DNA of 64,000 nucleotides, from NCBI GenBank assembly GCA_964345045.1, contig CAYFPM010000003.1, positions 134,038 to 198,037 on the forward strand. Direction: 5' to 3'. The DNA comes from an uncultured Gammaproteobacteria bacterium. GTDB lineage: Bacteria > Patescibacteriota > Patescibacteriia > Magasanikbacterales > UBA922. Both the position numbers and the translations under genes were made by a program. Positions 46,832 through 55,779 of the stretch are shown here, piece by piece; positions within the stretch are counted from its first letter, which is position 1; every line of letters starts with the position of its first letter. The notes under the pieces were generated by a model. The model saw only the letters and a program-made list of their open reading frames with translations. It was not told the DNA's origin and ran no database searches.

Positions 46832-46960
46832 GGGCGATCGAGCCAGCCTCCGGCTCCTGCCCGCCAGTCGCTTGGGCTTCAGACCATGGCAGGCGGGGAT
46901 CACCCGTAGGGTGAGAATTGAACCCTGAACCTCGTCATTGATTTGCGATAACAATCTTTT
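46832..46960 (-). pseudogene. tRNA-Ile 3'-half fragment/pseudogene with a ~75-nt GC-rich insertion
   Basis: 13-nt GTGGGCGATCGAG (the tRNA-Ile 3' acceptor/T-stem, on +) is duplicated at 46832..46844 and 46977..46989. The copy at 46832 continues with the related ..GAGAATTGAACCCTGAACCTCGTCATT.. but is interrupted by a GC-rich insert (CCAGCCTCCGGCTCCTGCCCGCCAGTCGCTTGGGCTTCAGACCATGGCAGGCGGGGATCACCCGTAGGGT) and lacks a 5' half. Confidence 0.55.
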
Positions 46961-46977
46961 AACAAAACAACAATCTG

Positions 46978-47051
46978 TGGGCGATCGAGGAATTGAACCT
47001 CGGACCTCGTCATTATCAGTGACGCGCTCTAACCATCTGAGCTAATCGCCC
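46978..47051 (-). tRNA. tRNA-Ile (GAT)
   Basis: Reverse complement GGGCGAT|TA|GCTCAGATGGTTAGAGC|G|CGTCA CTGATAA TGACG|AGGTC|CGAGG TTCAATT CCTCG|ATCGCCC|A. Anticodon GAU. Confidence 0.88.
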
Positions 47052-47143
47052 GTGTAAACGTGGGAAAAGTATAGCTTACTCAAGTTTATTTGTCAACAAT
47101 AAAACCCGCTCCTACATATGTTGGAACGGGTTTATGCTCTTGT

Positions 47144-47467
47144 TTAGATGTTTAGGTTCTCGACAGCACTTGTGTCTACATCGTCGCTCATACTTGGAGC
47201 AGCGCTTTGTGGGGCGCGTCCACCTTCTGGTTCATTGATTTTCAAGTTAACGCGAGCGTTATTCTTGGCACCAACGATTTTTAGAAGTGTACGAATAGAG
47301 CGAGCGGTTTGACCTTGACGACCGATAACGTAACCCATGTCACTTGGATTGATATCCAAAGTGATAAGTACGCCACGTTCGTCAACTGTTCTGGTAGTTT
47401 TTACATCGTCTGGATTGTTTACAATCGCTTTGACAACGTAATCCACGAACTGTTGATCGCTTTCCAT
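47144..47467 (-). CDS. KH-domain RNA-binding protein (KhpA/YlqC-like)
   Basis: ..VIGRQGQTARSIRTLLKIVGAK.. GxxG KH motif. 107 aa. Typical neighbour of rpsP. Confidence 0.75.
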   Translation of the reverse strand: MESDQQFVDYVVKAIVNNPDDVKTTRTVDERGVLITLDINPSDMGYVIGRQGQTARSIRTLLKIVGAKNNARVNLKINEPEGGRAPQSAAPSMSDDVDTSAVENLNI

Positions 47468-47712
47468 AATTTCTAACTTTTACTGTATAACGAACTGTCG
47501 ACATGTCCAAAACTCAGTGTCCGGACCAGTTCTTGTGGAAATAAGTATAACACAAAATTTGTTGTCTGTCAATTTGGCCGATCTGGCTGTTGATAAACAA
47601 TTTTTTAGTATTATTCGACCCCCCCTGACCTCCCCTTTGGAAGGGGAGGAACTAACTAAGGGACTCCTTTTATAAATAAAAAACGCCTCTGTTTGAGGAC
47701 GTTTTTTTATTT

Positions 47713-48249
47713 TTAAGCTTCCTTTTTTTCTTCAGTTTTTTCTGCTGGTTTTTCTTCTTTCACCTCGCCAGAGCCTTCGGCGTCGGCGGGTTCTTTTGCT
47801 TCTTCGGTAGGAGCTTCAGAAGCTTCGGCTTCTTCTGTAGCTTTGGCTTCAGCAGCAGCTTTTTCGGCCTCTTCTGCAGCTTTGGCTTCTTCCTCTGCAG
47901 CCTTGGCAGCTTCGGCAGCTTGTTTTTTGGCTTCTTCGTCTGCAGCTTTTTTCTCATCAATCTTAGCTTGTCTTTTTTTGCTAATAGCGACTGATTTCTT
48001 TTTGTTGCCGGAAACGATTCCTTGGCTTAGTAGTAAATTGTGAACTGTCTCAGATGCTTGGGCACCATTTTTGATCAATTCTTTTATTTTTTCTACTTTT
48101 AGATCTATAACTTTTGGATTGGCTACTGGATTGTAAATTCCTAGTATTTCCAAAGCACGGCCTTGGGTATCTTTTATTTTTTCACTGGCAACCAAGCGAT
48201 AAGACGGGCTTTTTTTCTTACCAATTCTTTGTAATCTAATCATTAACAT
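47713..48249 (-). CDS. rpsP: 30S ribosomal protein S16 with a ~95-aa Ala/Glu/Lys-rich C-terminal tail
   Basis: N-terminal MLMIRLQRIGKKKSPSYRLVASEKIKDTQGRALEILGIYNP is canonical S16. The tail is low-complexity (AEEEAKAAEEAEKAAAEAKA..) and contains the EPADAEGSGEVKEE repeat unit. Confidence 0.88.
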   Translation of the reverse strand: MLMIRLQRIGKKKSPSYRLVASEKIKDTQGRALEILGIYNPVANPKVIDLKVEKIKELIKNGAQASETVHNLLLSQGIVSGNKKKSVAISKKRQAKIDEKKAADEEAKKQAAEAAKAAEEEAKAAEEAEKAAAEAKATEEAEASEAPTEEAKEPADAEGSGEVKEEKPAEKTEEKKEA

Positions 48250-48505
48250 AATTTTTTTGTGAAGTTATCAATAAATTAATTTATTGACGGTTGTAATCCA
48301 TTTGGGTTTGTGAATCCCACTGGATTGAGAGCGACGCTACTATACCTTATATATATGTAAATGTCAAGAGAATGACTCCTAAATCAAAAAACCACCATAA
48401 CTGGTGATCTTTTGATTGGGGCCGAGATTCTAGAGTACTCGGCGAAAAAACTCCTTCTCTAGCGAAGCTCTGCTAAAGGTGCCCAGGGGGTGGGCTTTTT
48501 GTGGG

Positions 48506-48766
48506 TCAGTCCGCAGCGTCCTCGCTGCTTTCCGGGGCGATCTCGTCGACCCCCTCATCAGACAAGGAAGCCTCGTCGTCGAGTCGTTGCATCTCATAGA
48601 AGAGACCAGCAGCCAGGGCGTGAGCTGCTTTGGTCGATTCTTCGACCATCTTGGCTAGACGCCTAGCCTCTTCAGGAGTTTTAACTTCCCATGGTTTAGG
48701 CAAAACTACCTCCTGGTTCGATCCTACGATCGAAGTTAAGGGTCCTCTTGTCTTGCGACACCTCAA
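48506..48766 (-). CDS. Hypothetical small acidic protein in the moderate-GC accessory block (true start uncertain, possibly internal MVEEST..)
   Basis: ORF in the compositionally distinct 48.3..50.07-kb block. No homology recognised. Confidence 0.3.
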   Translation of the reverse strand: MRCRKTRGPLTSIVGSNQEVVLPKPWEVKTPEEARRLAKMVEESTKAAHALAAGLFYEMQRLDDEASLSDEGVDEIAPESSEDAAD

Positions 48767-48904
48767 CCGTTGGTCTTCCAGGGGGGCTAAGCTTGCGGAC
48801 TAAATTGTGGGGAACCTACTTACCTCGCAAGGTGTTCGGTGTGTGTCCTCTCAGGACTCTTCGTCTTGCGACTCCGAATCCTCTAAGATTTCAGCCCAAA
48901 GACC

Positions 48905-49078
48905 CTAGTTGAGTCTATGAGCCTCGAGGTTTTCCAGTTCGAGTGCCTGGCTAATGAGGAGTAATGCGACCTCCTCGCTAGCAGCCACGAGATCTTCTCG
49001 GGCATCTTCAAAAGCCCGATTTTGCTCCTCTCTCGACAGCTCACCAAAGCGTTTCGGATGTTGGGTGTTGTTGCTCAT
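48905..49078 (-). CDS. Small hypothetical protein (57 aa, MSNNTQHPKRFGELSREEQNRAFEDAREDLVAASEEVALLLISQALELENLEAHRLN)
   Basis: GGAGA Shine-Dalgarno 6 nt upstream of the ATG at 49078. Below the ORF-track size threshold. Helical acidic protein; an antitoxin/RHH-like function is speculative. Confidence 0.35.
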   Translation of the reverse strand: MSNNTQHPKRFGELSREEQNRAFEDAREDLVAASEEVALLLISQALELENLEAHRLN

Positions 49079-49223
49079 CTTCAATCTCCTTCCAGAATTT
49101 GATTATTCTTAGATAGACTAAAGTAGAGCTGTCGAACAAAGCAATATACAACAAAAGGCCTCCTTTGTCAAGATCCCCCCACAAACAGTTGCTAAAATAA
49201 GCCAAATATGCTAGCGTTAAGAT

Positions 49224-49571
49224 ATGACTACCGATGAGCAACAAGCTCGTATCAAAAAAAGACTGCGTCATTTGAGGCTGCAACAACGAAACGGTCCCGC
49301 TCCAGAATCTGCCTCTCCAGAAACCATAGCAACCATTTCGGATGCCCTAGACCATGCAGTCGCAGTAACCGTGGAACGAAGCCTGGCAGAACATGGACGG
49401 ACGTCCCCATACGGTTCTGCCCAAGAGACCATGGAAGAAATCCTCGACGAATTGGCCGAGGAACCCGCCGACGCCGAAGGCTCTGGCGTGGTGAAAGAAG
49501 AACGAGATCCTACCGCCGATCTGGACGACGAATATCGTCGGCAACCTTCAAGTGGGGGAAAGAAAAAGTGA
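49224..49571 (+). CDS. Hypothetical protein (115 aa) carrying the EPADAEGSGVVKEE repeat unit
   Basis: ORF in the moderate-GC block. Contains a 42-nt segment nearly identical to one in rpsP and related to one in smc. Confidence 0.4.
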   Translation: MTTDEQQARIKKRLRHLRLQQRNGPAPESASPETIATISDALDHAVAVTVERSLAEHGRTSPYGSAQETMEEILDELAEEPADAEGSGVVKEERDPTADLDDEYRRQPSSGGKKK

Positions 49572-49768
49572 AGAACCTCAAGGCAGCAGTGAAATATCTT
49601 CCTTTGTTAGTAGTGGGGATTATGGCAATAGCCATTTTCATCCCCCTACTCCTCACAAAAGCCTTGCAAAGAGCACTCTTGGACATTTTGAAAGTCATCT
49701 GCCATCTGGATCCCACAATGTATCTATACGGTGTTCTGATCTTTCTCTTCCCAAATGAATGGGACTAA
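49568..49768 (+). CDS. Small membrane protein (66 aa, 2 TM)
   Basis: Overlaps the stop of the upstream ORF by 4 nt. Hydrophobic helices LPLLVVGIMAIAIFIPLLL and YLYGVLIFLF. Confidence 0.35.
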   Translation: MKNLKAAVKYLPLLVVGIMAIAIFIPLLLTKALQRALLDILKVICHLDPTMYLYGVLIFLFPNEWD

Positions 49769-50074
49769 GTAGTCAAACCTGCCATCTACAATCGGGGCAA
49801 GAAGGAAGGAGACCGATGGCACAATCAAAAAACAGCTTTGTAAAAGGCTGTTTTTTGTTTTTAGAATAGACTTTCTAGTCTAGTTCCTCCCCTGCCAAGG
49901 GGAGGGCAGGTGGGGTTTGACACAAGCTGGCTCCATAGTCCCAGAGGGCTATGGAGCCTATATGCTAAAATCATAGACCAAGCAAAATAGCTCCACAGGG
50001 CTACGCCACTATGGAGCTGGCCGGAGATCCTTCATCCCGACTTTGGTCGGGATTCAGGATGACGTGGTGTAAAA

Positions 50075-53000
50075 CTATTTAGACTCCTCTACCACCTTCT
50101 CTGCTTGCTCTAGCTTGACCGAAAGCAGATGACTAATCCCGTCGTTACCCATAGTTACTCCGTAGAGTGCATCGGTAGCGTGCATGGTAGCGCGGTTGTG
50201 AGTAATAAGAATAAATTGAGAACTCTTGGCCAACTCTTTGAGAATCTTCGTAAATCTTAGAGTGTTGGCTTCGTCTAGAGCGGCCTCTACCTCGTCTAGT
50301 ATTACAAACGGTGGTGGATTGGTATGGAGGATAGCACAGATAAGAGCAATCGAAGTCATCGTGCGCTCTCCACCAGAGAGAGCTGCCAAATTTTTGATTT
50401 TTTTGCCTGGCGGACAAGCATTAACCTCGATCCCAGTCAGAATCTTCTTTCTTCTTTTTTTCTTTGGCTCATCTTCCAGTTCTTCATCTTCTTCACTCTC
50501 TTCTTTTACCACGCCAGAGCTTTCAGCGGAGGCGGGTGCTTCCACCCCATATACTTCAACTAAATCTGCTTTACCTCCTTCAAACAACAGACTAAAGTAT
50601 CTCTGAAATTCTTTTTTGATTTCTTTAAAACCTTTGGCGCGGCGTTTTTTCATTATCTCATCTAGCTCTACTACCAACTTTTCCAAATCTTTCATAGCTT
50701 TTTCTAGGTCGTCTAGCTGGCTGGTTAGGCCTTCGTGACGTTCGGCTGTTTCTTTGTACTCGGCTACGACTTCTTCGTCAATCCCACCAATAAGAGAAAG
50801 TTTGTATTTTAATTTTTGAATTTGGGTTTGCAATTCTTCTAGTTTTTCTAATTCAACTAATGGCGGTTGTCTTTTTACAATCGATTCAATTGAAAAATGT
50901 AATTCTTGATAAACTTCGTTTAACAAGTCTTCTTGCTTGGTTTCTATTTTGGCCAGAGATACTCTACCATCGTTTCGTTTGTTACTTATGTCGTTAAGTT
51001 TGTTTTGCTCGGCTTGCATAGCATCTTGCAAAGCAAAAATTCTTTCTTTTTTCTTTTCTTCTTCTTCATTAAACTCGGAAATTTTATTTTTAATTCCCAA
51101 AATTTTGTTCTCTAACTCGTTTATTTTTTTGCCCAAATCATCTTTTTGCACAGAGATATCTTTCATAGCTGCCGAGTAGTCGCTCTCGCTCATGGTAGAA
51201 AGATTCATTTCTTGTTCCAAAGAAGCAATTTCCGAATCAATTTCTTTTTTTTGATCACTAATGTATTGTTGTTTTTTTAATTCTACTTCGGTGTTGGTTT
51301 GCAAATCACGAAGCAAATCTTGCATTCTTTCATAATCAATTTCGGTTCTGTCCAATTCTCTTTTTGTTTCTTCTATTTTTTCGGTGTGATCCATTAACTC
51401 TCCCTGCATCATATGTGGCGCATGAGCTTGTGAAAAACTAAGTCCGGTAGTTCTTTTTCTACGGAAACCACCTTTCATACTACCACTAGTTTCTAATATG
51501 TCCCCGTCTAGGGTTACCATGCGGATTCTGCCAATCCCGATTTCTCTAGCCACATCTATACTCTCTACAATAATAGTGTTGCCAAAAACATAAGAAAAAA
51601 TATTTTCAAATCTTTTGTCAAAACTGGCCAAGTCTGTAGCCAAACCATGCACCCCCGGATGAGCCAAGTATCTGTCTATATCGTGTGGTACAAATCTAGG
51701 TTTAATTTTGCTAATTGGCAAAAATGTGGCAACTCCCAATTGATTATCACGAAGATATCTAATTCCTTGTTTGGCCACTTCGTCGTCGGCTACTACTACA
51801 GAAGACAGATGTGCTCCTGCCGCTACGTCCATAGCCAATTGATACTTCTCGGCCACTTCGGCTAGTTGAGCTACTGCTCCAAAAACTCTGCCAAATCTAT
51901 TTTGCTCTTCTAGTATAGCTTGTACTGCCCGGAGGCCGGTAAGCTGAAAAAAGTTTTGCTCACTTTTGGCAGTAGCGAGCGAGGACTCCAAACTAGATAA
52001 TTTGGATTTCAATTCTGTTTTGTTTATACCAAGCTCTTCTACTTCGCTTTTTTTACCAGCAATTTCTGTATGCAAATTTTGCAAGTGATCATTTACTTGC
52101 TTTAATTCTTTTTCTATTTTTTGTTGTTCGGTTTTAAGAGAAGTTATTTTGTTTTCTAGCCAACTAATATTGTGCTTGCCGGCTTTGCTGTACTCTACTT
52201 GCATCTTGCCGGTAAGAGCAGCATGATCTCTTTCCAAAGCATTTTTTTCTTGAGTTAATTCTTGAAAAGAACTTTGAAGTTCATTGTAAATTTCTTGCCG
52301 AGAAGATTCTTTGGCCAGATCAGATAATTCTAATTGAATTTTTTCTAACTTACCTTGCGAATCTGTATAATCACTTTCGATTGTTTTTAGGTTGTTTTGA
52401 ATTTCGTCTAGCTGAGTTTGATTGTGACTCCACAAAGTAGCGTAGTAAGACTCTTGAGATTCGCGCAAAGTGTTTTCTACTTCGTGTCTTTCTTCCAGCT
52501 TTTTTACTTGTCGAGACAAACTCTTTAGGCGAGGAGAAACTTCGTTCAAAAGGGCTTCGGCTTGGGTAATATTTTCTTTGGTTCGAGAAAGTTTGAGAAT
52601 TGCTTGATGACGTTTGATCTGGAATTCTTTTATACCAAAAGCTTCATCAAAAAAATCTTTTCTCTCGGCCGGACTTTGAAGTAGCATTTTGTCTATCATC
52701 CCCTGCCCTACCACACTATAAGATCCTTGGCCAAACTGGGCCTTGGCCAAAAGTAACTGCAAATCCAACAATCTAACCTGGTGGCCATTGATAATATATT
52801 CACCATCTCCCTCACGATAAACCTTTCTTTCTATAACCAATTCTTCTTGGTCTATTGGCAATGTAGCATCACTATTATCTATAATCATTTTTACACTGGC
52901 AAATCCCATTTTTCCTTTGGCAGCCGAACCACCAAATATAATGTCTTCGCTCTTCTTACCACGCAGCATTTTCATGCTTTGCTCACCCAGCACCCAGCGA

Positions 53001-53149
53001 ATAGCATCGGCCACATTGGATTTGCCACTACCGTTTGGCCCTACTATAGCCGTAATGCTTTGGGAGGCCTTGGTACCAGGCATAAATGCCAAAACAGTCT
53101 TTTCGGCAAAAGACTTGAATCCTTGTATTTCTAGACTCTTTAGGTACAT
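50075..53149 (-). CDS. smc: Chromosome partition protein SMC (with an in-frame acidic insertion near the C-terminal head)
   Basis: N-terminal Walker A (GPNGSGKSNVADAI), long coiled coils, hinge region, and the C-terminal signature ..LSGGERTMTSIALICAIL.. with Walker B FVILDEVEAALD. An ..APASAESSGVVKEESEEDEELEDEPKKKRRKK.. insertion lies before the signature motif. Confidence 0.92.
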   Translation of the reverse strand: MYLKSLEIQGFKSFAEKTVLAFMPGTKASQSITAIVGPNGSGKSNVADAIRWVLGEQSMKMLRGKKSEDIIFGGSAAKGKMGFASVKMIIDNSDATLPIDQEELVIERKVYREGDGEYIINGHQVRLLDLQLLLAKAQFGQGSYSVVGQGMIDKMLLQSPAERKDFFDEAFGIKEFQIKRHQAILKLSRTKENITQAEALLNEVSPRLKSLSRQVKKLEERHEVENTLRESQESYYATLWSHNQTQLDEIQNNLKTIESDYTDSQGKLEKIQLELSDLAKESSRQEIYNELQSSFQELTQEKNALERDHAALTGKMQVEYSKAGKHNISWLENKITSLKTEQQKIEKELKQVNDHLQNLHTEIAGKKSEVEELGINKTELKSKLSSLESSLATAKSEQNFFQLTGLRAVQAILEEQNRFGRVFGAVAQLAEVAEKYQLAMDVAAGAHLSSVVVADDEVAKQGIRYLRDNQLGVATFLPISKIKPRFVPHDIDRYLAHPGVHGLATDLASFDKRFENIFSYVFGNTIIVESIDVAREIGIGRIRMVTLDGDILETSGSMKGGFRRKRTTGLSFSQAHAPHMMQGELMDHTEKIEETKRELDRTEIDYERMQDLLRDLQTNTEVELKKQQYISDQKKEIDSEIASLEQEMNLSTMSESDYSAAMKDISVQKDDLGKKINELENKILGIKNKISEFNEEEEKKKERIFALQDAMQAEQNKLNDISNKRNDGRVSLAKIETKQEDLLNEVYQELHFSIESIVKRQPPLVELEKLEELQTQIQKLKYKLSLIGGIDEEVVAEYKETAERHEGLTSQLDDLEKAMKDLEKLVVELDEIMKKRRAKGFKEIKKEFQRYFSLLFEGGKADLVEVYGVEAPASAESSGVVKEESEEDEELEDEPKKKRRKKILTGIEVNACPPGKKIKNLAALSGGERTMTSIALICAILHTNPPPFVILDEVEAALDEANTLRFTKILKELAKSSQFILITHNRATMHATDALYGVTMGNDGISHLLSVKLEQAEKVVEESK

Positions 53150-53257
53150 AAATAAAAGAAGCTTGAACAGCCAGAGAGGCCAAAAAGGCCTAAAATTCTT
53201 GAAAAAACTCTATTTTTAGGTATATAGATAATTTATCTTGGCTAAATTATACTAGAC

Positions 53258-53286
53258 TTGACAGTTATGAACAAGTCCGTTATACT
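53258..53286 (+). promoter_or_regulatory. Consensus sigma70-like promoter (TTGACA-17-TATACT) upstream of nrnA
   Basis: TTGACA 53258..53263, 17-nt spacer, TATACT 53281..53286. ~128 nt upstream of the nrnA ATG. Confidence 0.5.
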
Positions 53287-53413
53287 CATTAGCTTGATCA
53301 AACTTAACCAGTAAACAGTAAACTAAAAATAGTAAATAGAGTTTAGATGCGGATTCTAAATTTAATAAAAAACTCCATTTACAGTTTACTATTTACAATT
53401 TACCAAAAATACA

Positions 53414-54403
53414 ATGCACCGAATCGCTAGGCAAATTTATCACACGATAAACCAAGCCAACAAAATCATGCTAATTCCTCACCCCAATCCAGACGGGGAT
53501 GCTTTGGGTTCGGTATCTGCCTTTATGCAATATCTAAGGAGCCTCGGCAAAAGTCATGTGGTTTATTGCAAGACCAAGGCTTCACCAAAACTTAATTTTT
53601 TACCTCACACAGACTACCTTACTTACGACCCAAATATCTGGACAGACTACCAACCAGATTTGCTAGTAGTTTTTGATACTGGAGATCTCAACTATGCCGG
53701 GATAAAAGAACTTATTGAAAAATTAGACAAAAAACCAAAAATAGTAAATTTTGATCACCACAATACCAATGTAATGTTTGGCGATTTGAATATGGTACAA
53801 AAGACTGCTAGTTCTACTACCGAAGTTTTATACGATTTTTTTCGCTACAATAATATCAAAATAAATGCCGAAACTTCCACCTGCCTTTTGACCGGACTTA
53901 TGACTGATACTGATAATTTTACCAACGGCGCTACCACTATCAAATCTATGTCGATTGCCAGTGACCTTATTAACAAAGGTGGCAATGCCGAATTGATTCG
54001 TGGTTGGGTTTTCAAAGACAAATCAATCAATGCTCTTAAACTTTGGGGGGCGGTTCTCTCTAGACTAGAAAAACACGAAAAGCACGATATTGCCCATACT
54101 TATCTTACCCAAAAAGATTTGAAAAAATATAATGTAACAGACGACGAAGCCGAAGGAATTGCCAACTTTATGAATTCTCTAAAAGATGGTCGAGCCGCTC
54201 TAATTCTAAAAGAAATTTCTGACAAAGAAGTAAAGGGTAGTTTTCGTACTACAAGAGACGATACCGATGTCTCTATATGGGCCAAAGCTCTAGGCGGAGG
54301 GGGCCACAAAAAAGCTGCCGGTTTTACCATCCTTGGCAGTATTGAACACGCCTTGGAACAAGTTTTTTCTGTTATCGAATTATCCGAACAAACAGAAGCC
54401 TAA
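53414..54403 (+). CDS. nrnA: DHH-family phosphoesterase, NrnA-like (oligoribonuclease/pAp phosphatase)
   Basis: DHH motifs (..LIPHPNPDGDALGS.., ..FDHHNTN..) and the DHHA1 C-terminal GGGGHKKAAGF. Confidence 0.82.
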   Translation: MHRIARQIYHTINQANKIMLIPHPNPDGDALGSVSAFMQYLRSLGKSHVVYCKTKASPKLNFLPHTDYLTYDPNIWTDYQPDLLVVFDTGDLNYAGIKELIEKLDKKPKIVNFDHHNTNVMFGDLNMVQKTASSTTEVLYDFFRYNNIKINAETSTCLLTGLMTDTDNFTNGATTIKSMSIASDLINKGGNAELIRGWVFKDKSINALKLWGAVLSRLEKHEKHDIAHTYLTQKDLKKYNVTDDEAEGIANFMNSLKDGRAALILKEISDKEVKGSFRTTRDDTDVSIWAKALGGGGHKKAAGFTILGSIEHALEQVFSVIELSEQTEA

Positions 54404-54660
54404 AAATGATTTTGACTACGCAACTACGTTTTGCTAGACTTCAATAGTTCTTGGTTCAAGAACCATAAAAACATAAAATCATGAAAACCAGCCTTCGGCT
54501 GATCACCCGAAGGGGGGCATTAAAACAAAAAATAAACTCTAATATTTGATTCTTCAAACTAATTTTTTACTATTTACTGTTTACAGCTTACTGATTACTA
54601 CAACTAATCCACTTCAAACTTACTACAAACTACTCCCTACTCACTAACACCTAAAATAGT

Positions 54661-55260
54661 ATGACTGCTCAAAACCCAACCTCACAATACCTAATTCCAA
54701 CCGTAATCGAAAAAACTAGTCATGGCGAAAGAGCTTATGATATTTATTCTCGCCTGCTAAAAGACAGAATTATTTTTCTTGGTAGCGCTATAGACGATGC
54801 CGTGGCCAATACTATTATTGCCCAATTACTTTTTTTAGAAAATCAAGATCCAGACAAAGATATTAAACTATATATCAATTCTCCTGGAGGTTCTGTAACA
54901 TCTGGCATGGCTATCTACGACACCATGCAATATGTGAAACCAAATGTATCTACTATCTGCGTAGGGATGGCTGCTAGTATGGGTTCTGTACTTCTAGCTG
55001 CTGGAGAAAAAGGCAAAAGATTCTGCCTACCAAATTCCGAAGTTATGATCCATCAAGTTCTTGGTGGTACCCAAGGTCAAGCTAGTGATATCAAAATCCA
55101 TGCTGAAAGAATTTTGAAAATGAAAAATGAACTTAACGCTATACTTGCCAAACACACTGGCCAAGACGTAAAAAAGATCGAAAAAGATGGTGATCGTGAT
55201 TACTTTATGAGTTCCAGAGAAGCTATGGAGTATGGTTTGGTAGATAAAGTTATAGAATAA
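54661..55260 (+). CDS. clpP: ATP-dependent Clp protease proteolytic subunit
   Basis: ..[20 protein letters not shown].. (catalytic Ser), ..[16 protein letters not shown].., ..MIHQV.. (His). 199 aa. Confidence 0.95.
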   Translation: MTAQNPTSQYLIPTVIEKTSHGERAYDIYSRLLKDRIIFLGSAIDDAVANTIIAQLLFLENQDPDKDIKLYINSPGGSVTSGMAIYDTMQYVKPNVSTICVGMAASMGSVLLAAGEKGKRFCLPNSEVMIHQVLGGTQGQASDIKIHAERILKMKNELNAILAKHTGQDVKKIEKDGDRDYFMSSREAMEYGLVDKVIE

Positions 55261-55344
55261 ATATAACAAGATGGAAGATGGAAATCCGAAATCTTAAATG
55301 TATTAAATAAATTAAAAGATACAAGAGACAAGAAACAAAAATAT

Positions 55345-55701
55345 ATGGAGGGAAGAAAATTTGATTTAGAAGAAAGAACTTTGGAGTTCTCCAAAAGGAT
55401 TATTTCAATGACAAACGCATTGCTTAGCAATGACACTAACAGAATACTAAAAAATCAATGTGTTAGGTCGGCTACTTCTGTAGGTGCAAATTATAGAGAA
55501 GCAAATGACGCACTGGGAGATAAGGACTTTTTACATAGGATTGGTATATCTAGAAAAGAAGCCAAAGAGACTACTTATTGGATTGATCTAATTATAGAAA
55601 ATAATATTTCAATGAAAGAAAGAATTTTGCCCTTGAGACAAGAAAGTGTAGAATTAACCAAAATATTATCTACTATATTAAAGAATAAGAAGAAAAAATA
55701 A
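55345..55701 (+). CDS. Four-helix-bundle protein of the 23S rRNA intervening-sequence protein family
   Basis: 118 aa. ..SATSVGANYREANDA..GDKDFLHRIGISRKEAKETTYWIDL.. matches the helix-2 NIAEG-like / helix-3 pattern of PF05635/TIGR02436 proteins. Confidence 0.65.
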   Translation: MEGRKFDLEERTLEFSKRIISMTNALLSNDTNRILKNQCVRSATSVGANYREANDALGDKDFLHRIGISRKEAKETTYWIDLIIENNISMKERILPLRQESVELTKILSTILKNKKKK

Positions 55702-55741
55702 TTTGTATCTTGTTTCTTTGTTATTTGAATTTAAAAAATAA

Positions 55742-55775
55742 AGACCCGGCCAAAAGGCCGGGCTTTAATTTTTAT
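55742..55775 (+). terminator. Intrinsic terminator (GACCCGGCC-AAAA-GGCCGGGC + T-run)
   Basis: GC-rich 8-bp stem followed by TTTAATTTTTATTT, directly after the four-helix-bundle gene. Confidence 0.65.
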
Positions 55776-55779
55776 TTGA

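Noticed and set aside
47760-48043. ORFs 47760..47960 (-) and 47843..48043 (+) inside rpsP
   Set aside because: Alternate-frame and antisense readings of the repetitive GCA/GAA-rich tail of S16.
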